Below, piece after piece: positions 51,002 through 64,000 of a stretch of 64,000 nt of DNA. Positions within the stretch are counted from its first letter, which is position 1, and every line of letters begins with the position of its first letter. Under the pieces are notes generated by a model. The model was not told the DNA's origin and searched no databases. It saw only the letters and a program-made list of their open reading frames with translations. The translations under genes were made by a program, and so were the position numbers. Origin of the DNA: Selaginella moellendorffii (Eukaryota; Plantae; Lycopodiophyta); the NCBI RefSeq assembly GCF_000143415.4, contig NW_003314300.1:1161014-1225013 (forward strand), written 5' to 3'.

Positions 51002-52933
51002 AATCAATATTAATTTTAGAATATGGATAAAAGAACTATTTGGCCCGGAATAGAAGCTTACACATGCTATTAACACATATTCAATCACACACTTGCTATT
51101 TAAAAGGGAATTCTAGGTTATAGAGGAAACAAAAAATCACACTCAATACATTGAATTATTTAAGTCTCACTTGGGTCCACTATTGTCAGATATTGTAGGT
51201 ATATTAGACCCACCAAGAGACTTTACTCCACCTTCAACTGGACAAATTTTCCTGGGACAAAGGGTGCTATGACGTATTCACCTTTAGAATTAAACAATAT
51301 GTTAATGATGGGCACTAAACCATTGATAGAACATATCTCTTCAATAGATGGTTTAGACTCCAAATTCATTTATTGAAGTGGGCAATCCTTAACATGATTT
51401 CATGAATTTGGGCACTAAAACAAGTATTTCTCACCTACCTTAGAAGGATTTAGTTCCACATTGTGGTAATTATCACCATCCATTTGTGAAGAGAGTTTTT
51501 ATGTCCCTAATCTTTGGAAAAATTTTACTTCTATAGCCACTATATACATAAAGTCTAAATCAAATAAAATTTTCAAATCCATGGATCTATAAAAATAAGA
51601 CAAGTAGGCTATAATTAGGTTGGAGCTTAGGAATTAGCTCATAGGTGTGCAATAGAGAAACTGATAGGCTAAATTCTAAAAACACATGGCAGTAGAAGTT
51701 TATAAAAAGACCTAATCAAACTAAAATGAATATACTATAAATAGTTGGCTGCCAGATTCCCACAACTGAATAGAAAAACCCTTACATTGCACCATATTGG
51801 AATGTAATTTAAAGGGTTCTATTGGAACAAATAGATCAAATAGCATTAAATAGATTTGACAAGACAAAAACATTTAGTTTGGTTCAATCAGTTTTTGTGT
51901 TTGCTCAATGGCTTTTATGCATAGGCACCATAAACAGACACAAACCAGCAGGGCTCTTTTTAAATGGAGCAAACAAATGCCCATTGCTCATGTTGGCAAG
52001 AGAAGGCTCCTATCTGTTCAGGGCTTTGTGCTTATGTCCTGTGGGCATGAGAAACTGCTTTATCCCATCAACTGCTAGTTGGCAGTCAGCACAATTTCTT
52101 CCATTGGACAGCATTGGCTGCGAACTCATGAAAGGGATGGAGCAAATGGAACCTACATATAGGTGGAAACTACTCACTAGAGCTGGAGCAAGCCATGCCC
52201 TAGAGCCCTAAGGCTGCAATTCTTGTTCTTACATACTTATACTTGGATAATTATTTGCAACCCCTATAAGATTTAAGTTCTTGGTGAAGCTGTTCACCAC
52301 TTTTGTGCCCACATGGCAGTTTTGTTCAGGGAATCAGGGCAAAAATCACAAATGGCGAGTATTCACACAGAAGGGTGAGATTACCCAGACAATGCAACCA
52401 TGCATGCTTCTACCAGAGCACGAGCTCTAAATTAAAAGAACAACACCATGGTGACGTTTGTAACAACATAAAATGGCTGGTAAGGTTTTCTTTTTATTTT
52501 CTATTTATGTATCAGTTTTAAGAGAAGGTGCTTGCAAACTTGATACTAGACAACAAACCTTTGGGTTCAATGGCGACCCTTGGCAACAATGATTAGGCCA
52601 GCAAAGCTTAGAAGTGTTGGACTGGGAGCACGCAATATGCACGAGCGGAGACAATTTGTAGTGGAGGTAGACATGTTTTAGGTAGAGGATGCAATCACAA
52701 TATAAGGGGACCCTGATGATGACTGGGGCGGATCAAGCCGTGACCTTGGGTTTCAGTTCTTAGGCTGCATTTGCTCGTATGAAGATTCCTTGCAATCACT
52801 TGCTGAAGAGATATTCTATGCCAGCAGCGGCCGAGGAGAGAGCAGGGGAGCAAGGTTTCTGAGCACTCTGAGGTGATTTTGGGACAGTCAGTTTTGGGTC
52901 TCCACGGACAACTATCGAAAGAGGCGGAAAGCG

Positions 52934-54141
52934 ATGAGTGACCTTTCGTGGTCACATAAGTGCTCACACGATGAGCCCATTCGTAGAGGAGATAGTGCGG
53001 TGTTCACCATTGTAGACGACGCTCACCCGGATGAAGAGGAGAAACCACAAGTCAACCTCATGAGCTTCGTTGTCGTGTCTGCTCCAGGAGAGGGGAGCGG
53101 CGGCAACGAGCTAGTGCAGCTTCACGCGAAGTCGGTGACCATCGCTCTGGTTTTTCCAAGTCCTTGCGCTCTTGTCTAGGACCACCAAGGCAAGGAGCTA
53201 TTTGCGCTCGAGTCACCAACGTGGGAGCGGTCGTTCCTCGCCTACCAGGCTTCAGGCTCATCTTGTCGCAGCTGTGCGGTCGACAAGCCATTACGGAGTC
53301 AGACTTGGAAACTGCGTACGCAGCCATAGATCTCGTAGACAGCTTGAACATGCTGGTCCCAGGCGAGAACAGAGAGGCCCTATCGAATTAGGGCCACTAT
53401 TGCAGCAGTGAAGTGGCACCATCGACTGGGTGCCTCTTGGTGATGGATTTGTCCAGTATCTTTTGGAAAACGGGGCAGACCCAGACTTTCCATCGCCGGA
53501 TGAGATTTTTCACTGGTCAGGTAACATTTCTTTCTTGTCACAACCTTTACATTCTCACTCGTATGGTTGGTTCTCTTTCCAGGCGTACCCACCTGGCCGT
53601 TCCTGTATGCCAGCGCCCATCAAAGGATGACTTGGTCACGCTCTTCAAGCCCATGGCGCGGCCTGTCGAGACTCTCACCAGCAAGCACTTGTGCAACGCT
53701 CGCGATCCCGAGCATCTGGAGCTCTTGCTCTTGCTCCCGCATATGGATCCCAACCGGACCTCGCCGGAGGGCTGGCTCCCTCTCATCGCTGCGCTGAATC
53801 GAATAGAATTGGAGAATGTCAAACTGCTGATAGCCGCTGGGGCCGATCCAACGCTGCCGACTTATGATGGGTTTTGCCCGCTCGCCAGAGCGGCGTTCTC
53901 GAATGAGGACGAAGAGATCTTGCGAATTATGGCTAAGGTGGCCAGCAATATCAACGTGAAACCAGGGGAGTATACGGTTCTCCGCAGTGATGCAGAGGCT
54001 GGAGTGTGTCGAATTTTACTTGAGTGCGGGGCGTCGATGGGCGATGACGATGGATTACCGGACTTGAGGTCTGCTTTGAGAGATCTCTTCCACTCGTCCA
54101 ACACGCCCATGCCGGATTGCTTGCAATCCATGGTAATCTAA
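52934..54141 (+). pseudogene. Disrupted ankyrin-repeat gene
   Basis: VQYLLENGADPD, GWLPLIAA...VKLLIAAGADP, GFCPLARAA, CRILLECGA; stops/frameshifts at ~53390-53600. Confidence 0.6.
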
Positions 54142-54199
54142 GTTCTTGCTTATTCAATTTTGTTCTATGCACTTGAAGTGTAAGCAGAAGTAGTTAAAT

Positions 54200-54508
54200 T
54201 CATATGAGAAGACCAACTGCTAGAACGGTAGCTACTGCCCCAAAAATGGGCACTTGCAATCCAACAGCAGCGCCCTCTTGCAAGAAATCTGGGCTTGGAA
54301 ATGGGCTGGCATCAAAATCCCTCCTCGCTCTTCTTCCGGGAACTACGGCTTGATCATCCTCTTCTTGATTTCCACGCCCACGAACTAGGCCTCTTAACGA
54401 GCTCTCCAGCACCAATGCCGGATCGAATGTCTCCTCTCCTTGGATTGAGACCGCCAGCAGCAAAACCAGGAGGAAGATCGACGCCACCAAATTCGCACGA
54501 ATCGCCAT
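54200..54508 (-). CDS. Small secreted precursor with RRARR site and GPI-like tail
   Basis: MAIRANLVASIFLLVLLLAVSIQG signal peptide; GRRARRDFDASPFPSPDF; hydrophobic C-terminus; TATATAAAAA ~60 bp upstream. Confidence 0.75.
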   Translation of the reverse strand: MAIRANLVASIFLLVLLLAVSIQGEETFDPALVLESSLRGLVRGRGNQEEDDQAVVPGRRARRDFDASPFPSPDFLQEGAAVGLQVPIFGAVATVLAVGLLI

Positions 54509-54565
54509 TCCTTTCCTTCTTTTTGCGATCGAAGCAATGCTATTGCTATCTAATTGATCCAACCC

Positions 54566-54681
54566 TTTTTATATATCGGGAGGGGAGATCTTGACCCTGT
54601 CAAGAAGGAAAGTTCCTTGGGAGCGCATTTGACCGTGTGTACGCGAAACCTAATTTCACACATCACTGTACTTTCTTGACT
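54566..54681. promoter_or_regulatory. Bidirectional promoter with TATA box and three W-boxes
   Basis: TTGACC 54591-54596, TTGACC 54629-54634, TTGACT 54676-54681; TATA-like 54566-54576. Confidence 0.6.
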
Positions 54682-54808
54682 ACGCCACGATATCCTTTTC
54701 GTGTCTCCCGGTCTACTCATTCTTCGAAAGTGGCCTTGGATTTGGACGCGACAAGGATCGCTACTTAGGTCGAAAGAAGGGCATTTTCATCCCAAAAGAT
54801 CATTGGCA

Positions 54809-55039
54809 ATGAAGCCTTCGATCCTTGTTTTGGCATTGGTTTTGATCTTGGTAGCTCTCGAGGCATGGACGATTCGAGCGGAGCAACAAGCCCACACTCC
54901 AGAATCCAATCCAGTCCAATTGCAGCGCCGATCTAGACCACGAGCTAGAGGCGCGGGCACTAGCGGCAGCGCTGAAGTGGAGGTGTCGGCGCTTGGGATA
55001 ATCGGAATTGTCACTGCCGCCATAGCCGCGATTGCGTAA
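54809..55039 (+). CDS. Small secreted protein with Arg-rich core and GPI-like tail
   Basis: MKPSILVLALVLILVALEAWTIRA signal peptide; QRRSRPRARG; SGSA omega-like site followed by ALGIIGIVTAAIAAIA. Confidence 0.72.
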   Translation: MKPSILVLALVLILVALEAWTIRAEQQAHTPESNPVQLQRRSRPRARGAGTSGSAEVEVSALGIIGIVTAAIAAIA

Positions 55040-55101
55040 AGATTCTTTGTATATTCTTTGGCAATGTAAAGCACTCTTTTTTCTTTTCCTTGGAAGCCCT
55101 G

Positions 55102-55878
55102 ATGGGTCGTGTGTTACCAGCGAGTGAAGAGCCGCCGCCAGCGCAGGAGTGTGAGTTTGATGTAGATGATCTTCTCCAGGTAAAAATCCCCGGGGTTCTT
55201 GGAATGGGTGTCTCCAGATTTTCAATCTCTAGGCTGCAAGGTATGGAGAACTCGAGGAAGTCAAGCTCGTTGCTCCTCTTTTGCCGCAGAATTCACATAA
55301 CGAGCAGGGATGCACAGGTAGAACATTTCTCGCTTTGATTTTTTCTCGCCTATGATCTTACTACTCTAAAGCATTGCATATGGCTTCTGCCAATGGTCAC
55401 TTGAGCATTGTTAAGTATCTCATCGAACGAGGAGAAGTAAGTCGCGTAGCGAAGGAGATCTTAGAGAATGTTTTTGATCGCTCGTGTTCACAGAATGTTA
55501 ATGCTTGCAATGCCGAGAACAATACCCCTCTTCATTGGGCTGCTCTAAATGGCCAAGTTCAGGCATGTTTTTCTTCTTGCTATTCTTTCGTGATTCGCGA
55601 AGTGTTCTTCATTTCGATTTCTTTTCTTTTTCCCAGGTTGTGGAGGAGCTTATTGCTTCGGGAGCTAGCGCCTCAGCTTTGAACCGGTCTGATCATGAAC
55701 TTTAAGCTCGAAAGTGTATCGGGTTTCAATTGCTCTTGCTTTTCCATTTTCCAGTTACGATCGGACGCCGGTAGACGAGGCCCTGTCTCGGGGAAAACAA
55801 GAAGTCGTGAACGCCATAGCAATTCTCACAGCCGCGGCATCCATGGACGACACAAGTATACAAGAAGAGATTAACTAG
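55102..55878 (+). CDS. Small ankyrin-repeat protein, YAR1-like
   Basis: DDLLQAARYGELEEVK, ALHMASANGHLSIVKYLI, NNTPLHWAALNG, RTPVDEA; one GC-AG intron (55563). Confidence 0.85.
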
Positions 55879-56854
55879 TAATTTAGTTGAAGAAGCTGGT
55901 TAGCCTCCTCACAGCCTGGGGCTTGAGGCCATGGTGGATATTAGATAAGCTCGCGTCTATTTCCTAACAATCGATCGCTCCATTGTAGATCAAGCTTTCC
56001 CAGACCATTCAAATTAAATTATGCTTTATGCTTTACTTTCATAGGTTCCTTAAGAATAGAATGTTTTTTTAATGGAAAGTGATATTTTAATTATAGTTTT
56101 ACCTATTCATTTAACTTATATTCTTTTCAAACAGAAAACCCAAACATTTGAAATAGATGATTGAATCATATATTTTTAACACTTCTAAAAAGAATTATAT
56201 TTTCTTCTTAGGTAGAGATTATAAATTTTATTTTTAATAAGTAAAATGAATTATATAAATAAAGAAAATACTAATATATGTTTAAGAACTTATAATAGAT
56301 GAAAAATACTAGTAAAATTCTAAAAGATGTACATGGCCATTTAAGGATTTAGCATTATCAATATTATTTTTAAAATAGAATAATTAGAAGTCTAATTATT
56401 TGTAAAATTTAATACATATGTTTTAAATATTAATAGAAAATATAATTTATATTTATTCTAATTTTATAAAAATAATATTGTTGACATAAATTTTATAAAT
56501 AATCAAATAGAAAAACTTTATTATAAATAAAAATCTATTATAAATTAGCACTTTATTTTGAGAAACATGTAAGTTATTTATTTATAAAAATATTTTAAAA
56601 TATTATTATTTATATTGTGTTGGAAAAAATATTTGGCATGCTTTGTTATAATGTTTACTTAGCAGTCCACTGTAACAATAACATAGTGATTGTAACAATA
56701 AAAACAATAATTATGTTAAAGTATTCTGGACAACAATGTTATAATTAAGACACGACGCTAAATAAATAAATTTAAGTTATGGCACACAGTTATAATCTAT
56801 ACTACTTTTAATAATTTATAAGGTTTATTTAAAAATTTTATCTCAGCCAACTTA

Positions 56855-56859
<5 letters not shown>

Positions 56860-56932
<73 letters not shown>
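56860..56932. repeat. (AT)n microsatellite within a very AT-rich insertion (~56000-57750)
   Basis: Long atatat run. Confidence 0.95.
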
Positions 56933-56934
<2 letters not shown>

Positions 56935-58675
56935 CTATTATAAACAAGTAAAATCTGATGGCTTATTTAGTTAGATAATTAAATAATATTTGATAGACAA
57001 ATACTTTTAACATATAATGCTAAATAAAATATTTAATAAAAAGTAATATTTTATTTCCCCTATATAATTCCTATAAAAAATTATTACAAAATATTGTACT
57101 GAATTACAATCATTTTGAATTGTAAATATGGTTGACATACTATAATATTTTTTATTAATACAATATTTTTCAAATTATAAATTTATTATCATGATAGAAA
57201 CTAAATTAATATTATTTATTTTTAATAATAATTATATATGTAGTAATATACCTAAGCACATTTAGCTATATAAAAAAATGGATACAGTCTTAGTCATATT
57301 TTCTATATGTTATACTGCTATAATCACATATTTACCTTATAGTATTATATATATAGGTGTACTATGATGCAAGTTATAATGCTGTTGTTATCCCATTTTG
57401 TACATGGCTCAAGTGTTCAACAAACTCCAACTTTAACTAATGTTAAAATACTCATTAAATATTGATTTGAAGACTTAGCATATGACAACCTCAAAGGTAA
57501 ACTCAACTTTATTAACAATATTAAATCATGACCCTACAAGAATTTATGAGGTGAAACACCAATAAAAATTTGTACATTTTAACATTTACTATGCGTCTAG
57601 TTGGGCACCAAAGGATTTAAATCATGTAATAATATTATGAGAGGGAGAAATAAAAAACAAAATCACTTTAATTTAATACCGAAAAAAATGCGAAATACAA
57701 ATACCATTATTAAAAACCTTAAATTTAAATGTAAATTCTCATTAGATCGCTCTATAATGGATAGCATTAGCAATAACCTTCAGTGCATGGTCATAATCAA
57801 GAGCTTGAGCAGTCGGTTCTTAAGATGGAGATTGATCTCTTATTTTCTTGGACTTCCTGACATTACAAGCTACACCTGTTAAATAGTGAATTTGTAATTT
57901 TGAGAGTTCTGAGTTCCTCTTTTTTGAAAATGGAGAAACGCATTGAGTTGTCAATATAAAATGATATATTGCGGCAAGACTATAAATTCTCAAGATTGAC
58001 TCTCACCAAGCACCTCGGCGGTGAGGGAGCTGAGAGCTACTGAACTCAGAGCCCAAGAGCTGGTGCCTGGAGGGGTCTTATCCTTGCTCTTGGCAGGAAG
58101 ATCTTCTGAGGACCCCATTTTATGGAAGCTTCACTTCCAAGCTGCATGGGAGCATTTTAAAGAGGTGACTATGATTATACAAGGTTTAACATCAACCTTC
58201 CACTGTACGTGGAAAAGGCTGTGGAAACCACTCAGTGTTTCAAGGTGCTGCATAAGTTGTGCAAGAAGGACCCACGGTACCATGAAACATTCGATTCTGG
58301 AGAAAGTGACCATGCCAGGAAAATAGAGTGCTACACAAAAGCCATAAGCCAAGCAAACGTGGAGCTACTATATAAGAAAATGGAGTTCAGAGTCTTATAC
58401 TGACCAGGCATGTGTGACTGTTATCCTCAAGCGCTTATGAAATTGTTTCTGTGTGACACTTCAATACATGGATCTATAACCTTGCTGCATAGTTTAGCAA
58501 TAGATCTATAAGTACCAGCTGGGCCTCATGAAGACTGAAGTTCCTGAATCCGGAGCTTTGCTCAGGTTTGCCATAAGTTGAAGCTCGAAACTTAAGTCCC
58601 ACTTCTATTGTTTATCAGTCGCTTTTGCTTTTGGTTCCTAGCTAGTTAAGCAGAAGAACCTGGTGTTTCGAAACT

Positions 58676-60249
58676 CTAGGCACGGTTTGTTCGTTTGCCG
58701 ACTGCAAGGGCCAGATCAATGTCAACTTTGCAAGAGATGTCCAATGCTGAGACCGAGTGTGTCAAAGCGCCACTATTTTGTTTCACATCAATCAGAAAAG
58801 AAGAAGAAGAAAACTTGATGATACCTCGAAATGTAAGTCACACCAGTGCTCCCAATCTTTCCGACTGTGCTTAAAGTAACGTTTCCAGAAGCCTGTTTGA
58901 TCTTGCAGTAAGATAAGAGTCAAGAAAATCTTGCGAGGCATACCTCCGTTTGTACTCGGCCGCCCACGATTTCAACAGCTTCTCGTAGTAAACCCACATC
59001 AATATCTCCATTTGCTTGTGTACTCACCATATTGTCCAACATTATCCGTGTGACTTTGCCTTTGTCTAAGATGGCAAGAACGCGCCTCACTTCATCTAGC
59101 GTTCTCGTCTCCACCTGTTAGATTTCCAAATGAATCAGAGACCAGGCAAACAATTCAAGGACTTGCGAATCACCTCGACGCCAATATCAAGTCCTTTCTC
59201 TTCCAAATACTTCGTCACTGCAAAGATGGCATTCTCTATACCGCCAGCGACTGCTATGTGATTGTCCTTCACCATAACCATATCGTAAAGTCCCATTCGA
59301 TGGTTCTCTCCTCCTCCAATCAAAACCTGAATTGAACACCCCATTACCGTGGAAAAAATCCATTTTGAATCACTTACGGCCCACTTATCAATCAGACGAA
59401 GGCCTGGTGCAGTCTTTCTCGTCTCCAGTATTCTCGCTGGTTTAGCAGCATCAGCCATTTTCTAAGAAAGCACAAGATGGAAACAATTAGGAAAAGCGAC
59501 TGTTCAAGAAGCTTATTCTTGCCTTTGTTGCAGTGGCGATGCCACTCATGCGTTGCATGAAATTTAAAACGACCCTTTCAGCTGTCAAGATACTCCTCGC
59601 ATTGCCTGAAGGACCAAAAAGAAAAACGTAAAGGATTACAAACAAGGCTGGCTGGATCAACAGTTTGGACTTACATTGTGATACATACCACATACTTTCC
59701 CAAAAACTTGGCCTTTCTCCACGGTGCTCCCATCCTCGACTGCCCAATCAGTCTAGAAAAAAATACTTAAAATAGAAAGAGCTTTGATCTGCATACTTTC
59801 AGCGAAGGATCGAGTTCTTGAAAAACCATATCCGCCAGAGCAATGCCAGCGATCACGCCATTTTCTTTGGCAAGAAATCTAGCCTCCGCTGTCATCTCCG
59901 CGGGAATAGTCGCCAAACAGGAGACATCCCCTGACAAAAGAAGCAAAAATTGTGACAAACGCAATTCCCAGCAATCGTAGTTTCACTGACCTCGATCTCC
60001 TGCGTCTTCCGAGAGCGCGAGCTGAATCACTTCCCTCAAATTGTAGGTCGGATGCACCGGCGGCGGCACTGCTCCAGCTCCATTGACACTCTTGCTCACT
60101 CCCGCCATCGCCTGGCGCCTAAAGAGAGATTTTCAGATGCGCGCCACGGCAGTGATCTCACCTCCACCCGACGCTAGAGCTCAACCCGCTGGAATTCGAC
60201 CTCCCGGGAGAGAAACCCTTCGCAATGCGGGGCAAGGCGGGGACTCCAT
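58676..60249 (-). CDS. QPT: Quinolinate phosphoribosyltransferase (NadC), multi-exon
   Basis: [79 protein letters not shown]; GC donor at 59522. Confidence 0.96.
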
Positions 60250-61181
60250 AGCCACGCAACATAGCAATTATTTAGGGCTAGGGCTTTGGCTAGGGCTTAT
60301 TGGAGATATCCCACATGCCCTAGCGTGGATTCGCGCCATGGTCATGATATAAAAGAAACGTATCGTAAATGATCAAATTTAAAAAGGGTCGGTTGGCTAA
60401 ATATGCCACATGCACCATTTAGCGTGCGTGCCGTATGGATATCAAGACATATGGCCGACATAATTTTTGGACCACCGTAGAGGGTTTGGCAGCGCTTTGC
60501 CAGACCCTACAAATTTAAACCCCAACAAGGCATAAATTTTCAAACTAAACAAAACCGTTAGTGGGTATATGCCCCGAATCTTGTCAGAATTGCCGCCAAA
60601 ATATAGGCTTTTAAAAACTCACGGTGGAAAGAGATAGAGGCATTTGATGCTGGGGGGCGTGGGATTCGTAAGCTAGGGCTTTGTGGGGGGAGGTGGAAGA
60701 GCCCTACACTGGCGCTGCGAGCTCGGCTATGGCGCCCGATCGATCGAGCGGCCAGTCGCGGTCATTTCAGGTAGTGGCTGCCATGACGACGACTGGAGCG
60801 CGCCAGTGCGCAAAGCTGCTCCATCGGTAGTGCTCCTCGCTTTTTTCCCCGCTTTCCTCTCTCGCCACTGTTCTTGGGGAGACCGGCCGATCTGTCGCAC
60901 ACTGTGGCATCATATCTGCGCTGGCGGGCCGACCACTGGATCCAATCGAGGTACTTCGCTTTGGATCTAAGAAATTTCCGCCATGGATTAGGGTTTCTGT
61001 GTAGTCGCAGGTCCCCTGTTCGTCGCGAAAGCTCCGTGTTTTTGACCCAGCTCTCCTCTCGCGACTGCAAGCCCTAGGCTGGGCCGGGCTGGGCTAGGCT
61101 GGAAAAGCGCGTTTGGGCAGTTTTTGGATGAGAGTTTTGGGGGGTTTCTGGGCAGATCCGATTGTTTAGGGAGGCAGGAGG

Positions 61182-62794
61182 ATGTCGCAGCTTTCGGCAG
61201 AGGAGGCTCATGTCTACTCGCAGAGCCCAGCGCATTACGCAGTCGCCAGATGCGACTATGGCCTCCTCCGATCGGTGCTCTCCCGGCTGCCGCGATTGCC
61301 AACCGCGGGAGAGGTGAGCTCCGAGGTGGACTCGCTTCTAGCGGAGCAAAAGGCCGATATAGTTTCGTCGGTGATCGACAACAGGGAAGTTCCTGGGAGG
61401 GAGACTCCATTGCATTTGGCGGTGAGGCTCGGGAATGCGAGGGCGGTGGAGATGCTAGCGGCAGCCGGGGCGGACTGTAGTTTGCAGAATGGTCGGGGAT
61501 GGAGTGCGCTCCAGGAGGCCGTGTGTGCTCGCAAGGAAGCTATTGCGATGGTCATCACCAAGTACTATCAGCCCATGGCGTGGTCGAAGTGGTGTCGGCG
61601 GCTGCCACGGATTGTAGCGGAGCTCAACAGGATGAAGGATTTCTACATGGAGCTCACGTTTCATTTCGAGAGCTCGGTCATCCCGTTTATCGGGAGGATT
61701 GCTCCGTCGGACACTTACAAGATATGGAAGCGTGGTTCCAATCTGAGAGCGGACATGACACTGGCTGGCTTCGACTCGTTCAAGATCCAGAGGTCGGATC
61801 GGAGCTACTTGTTCTTGGGAAAAGAGAATATGGGATCTGGAGAGCTCTTGGTGCTGATGCACAAGAAGAAGGAGGTGGTGAATGCGTTTGAAGATGCCGC
61901 GGTACAGCCGTCGGACGCAGAGGTGGCCCACGAGGTGGCTGTGATGTCTCGGGCGAATGTCTATCGGCCAGGTTTGGATGTAACTCAAGCGCAGCTGGTT
62001 CCGCAGTTGACGTGGAGGAAACACGAGAAGGCGGAGACAGTGGGGAACTGGAAGTGCAAGGTGTATGACATGCAAAACGTGTCCGTTAGTATCAGATCTA
62101 GAAAGGTGCTGGGGGCAGTGGAGGAAGACGAAGAAGAGGAAACTTTAGATTATGCCAACTTGCTAACGGAGGAGGAGAAACATCAGCTGGAGATGGTTTT
62201 GAGTGGCGATTGCGAGAACTTAGAAGAACAGAAAGAGAACTCGGCTTGTGTCAATGGTCGAGGTGGGAGGCCGAAAGCCGAAAAGTCCAGGCCTATAAGC
62301 GGTAAGGAAGAGGACGATTCCAAAAAGTCTAGCGCAAAGGAAGAGGAGAGCGAGTTCAAGAAGGGACTTAGACCCACTCTTTGGGTGACAGATAATTTTC
62401 CTCTCAAGATCGAGGAGCTTCTTCCACTGCTTGACATTTTGTCAAGCAAAGTCAAGGCCGTCCGGAGGCTTAGAGAGTTGCTGACTACGAAACTGCCAGC
62501 GGGAACTTTTCCTGTCAAGGTTCGCTTCTTTTTCTTTTTCTTTTTCTTTTTCCAGTCTTAAGTTTCATTGCGTGTCAACAGATGTCCATTCCGGTGGTGC
62601 CGACGATTAGAGTCATCGTCACGTTTTCCAAGTTCCAAGAGCGGCACGCGATGCAGAACAACCTGAAACCCGAGCATACTGGATCCTGGTTTTCTTGGAT
62701 GAAAAGTTCGAATCCTAGTTCCGAGCATGCGGACCCGTTCCTGGTTCCAGGCGATTATACGTGGAAGAAAGGGAAGCAAGTGATCGTCCCATAG
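61182..62794 (+). CDS. ANKRD13: Ankyrin repeat domain-containing protein 13-like
   Basis: ETPLHLAV, GWSALQEA, DFYMELTFHFESSVIP, APSDTYKIWKRGSNLRADMTLAGF, LPAGTFPVK|MSIPVVPTIRVIVTF, DPFLVPGDY. Confidence 0.92.
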
Positions 62795-63270
62795 AAGAAT
62801 GGTACGTGTAATGCATATGGTTTGGCTGAAACACTCCTGCGACTGTTTTATAGGTCGTTTTCAGGCACACTACTAATACATATATAAGAAATTGTAAATC
62901 AGGTGAGAGATGTTTCGATTCCTTAAGTGAATACACAATTTTTTGGTAGACAAAATGAAAAACTGGCACCATCGACATAAGACTCTTGCCTGGAAGAGCC
63001 TAAGTTACCGCAATGCTTTCTTGGATTGCAGAGTTGACGTTACGCTCATCTCAGTTTAATGGCTTCAGTTCGAAAACTAGACCACTAACAGGTATCCTTA
63101 CTTCATTTTTACTGTTCTCATATCTTTGCTGGTTTGAATGATATACAGGATGATGATGGCGAAGAAAGTGTTGCCGTTCCCTGGAAGTTTTGCTGTACTC
63201 GAGTAACGTAAGTAATTAGAGCATCGAGACTATAGATGTAGGTTCGTTCGTCAGCCTTTTAAGTAGACCT

Positions 63271-63995
63271 TTATATATTATCTTTCAGATCTCCGCAGTA
63301 CTTCCTCGCCAAACTTTTCTGGTTGCGGTTGGAAACACCGAGAAGCAAATGACGGAGCTTCACCCTTTTTCCTCTTCGCCTCGTAAGTGCATTGTCTTTA
63401 AGTGAAACTCTTATAACTGCTGGAAATTTTGTCCTCCTAGATCTCTTCCGGAAATTCTCTGCTCGAGCTGACAGGCCAATAAAAAAAGCATGGAACAGAA
63501 AAAGAAAGCAAATCCAAGCAACAAGCAGCTCGCTCTCAGATGCCCAGCAACAGACAGAATTTGTCCATTTAAACAGGCACGCACCAAACATCCTGCCCCA
63601 CGGATTTCGCTCTCATCTTCTCATAATGCGTGTCTCTTTTTTTTCTTCCTTTTCCACTGTAGCCGGACGAACAAAAGGCCCGACTTACATGAGAGTCTTC
63701 ATGTTCATCGTAAGCGATGCATCACCTGCGCACCCAAGGTATGTATGATCCCCTTTGTTTAATCGTATCTATCCGTTATCTAATCCAGGAAAACAAATAA
63801 TTCGACTCGATCTCCTTGGCAGCGGCTTTCTCTATCTGTAAACATCGAGATCGTCTCGAAAGGCTGGCCGGCTGGCCCTTGGTTCATTAAAATTCCAACC
63901 TGAAACGCACCAACATCATGATTGCGCGCCTCGGAGCTTATTTTTTTGTCTAGCCAGCCACCGCCACAGCGAGCCGACGAAATGATCCGATCCAT
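63271..63995 (-). other. Possible spliced gene of unknown function near window end
   Basis: Short open frames with splice-like signals; no recognisable domain. Confidence 0.25.
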
Positions 63996-64000
63996 CGCGG

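Larger units (their letters stand above)
48600..52700. mobile_element. Decayed TE block (LTR-like fragment from ~49356, other remnants)
   Basis: CpG-poor, no intact ORFs; 49385-49413 matches 7523-7553 in inverted orientation. Confidence 0.5.

Noticed and set aside
16517-60249. Possible biosynthetic or Casparian-strip cluster (4CL, two CASPL, QPT)
   Set aside because: Genes are separated by unrelated housekeeping genes, with no tailoring enzymes; proximity is explained by gene density.
60477-60510. Small hairpin between QPT and ANKRD13
   Set aside because: Short stem; no Helitron CTRR end or miRNA-length arm.

Overview
Eukaryotic land-plant nuclear DNA, most likely the lycophyte Selaginella (inferred from very compact genes, ~45-70 bp introns, frequent GC-AG introns and the gene content). 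Positions 1-16 kb are CpG-poor, decayed transposon DNA: Ty3/gypsy and Ty1/copia remnants, a 100-N gap, an LTR carrying a 5S-rRNA-derived segment next to a Met-tRNA PBS (Cassandra-like), a 4CL pseudogene fragment and an internally deleted tRNA-Ser. Positions 16.5-48.5 kb are a dense gene island. It holds 4CL, then a ~3.7 kb tandem duplication (VPS26 / Uma2-like nuclease-PHD finger gene / GH18 chitinase) with an in-frame VPS26-chitinase chimeric junction. Next come an SPFH (vacuolin-like) gene, a bHLH-ACT factor, SAUR, a USP-domain kinase, a small membrane protein, an RPA34-like gene, two CASP-like genes, ABHD17, a rolling-stone-like gene overlapping LRR1, and an unknown multi-exon gene. After a second TE block (48.6-52.7 kb) come a decayed ankyrin gene, a divergent pair of small secreted/GPI-type peptide genes sharing a W-box-rich promoter, a YAR1-like gene, QPT and an ANKRD13-like gene. 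Exon boundaries were read by eye and may be off by a few bases.
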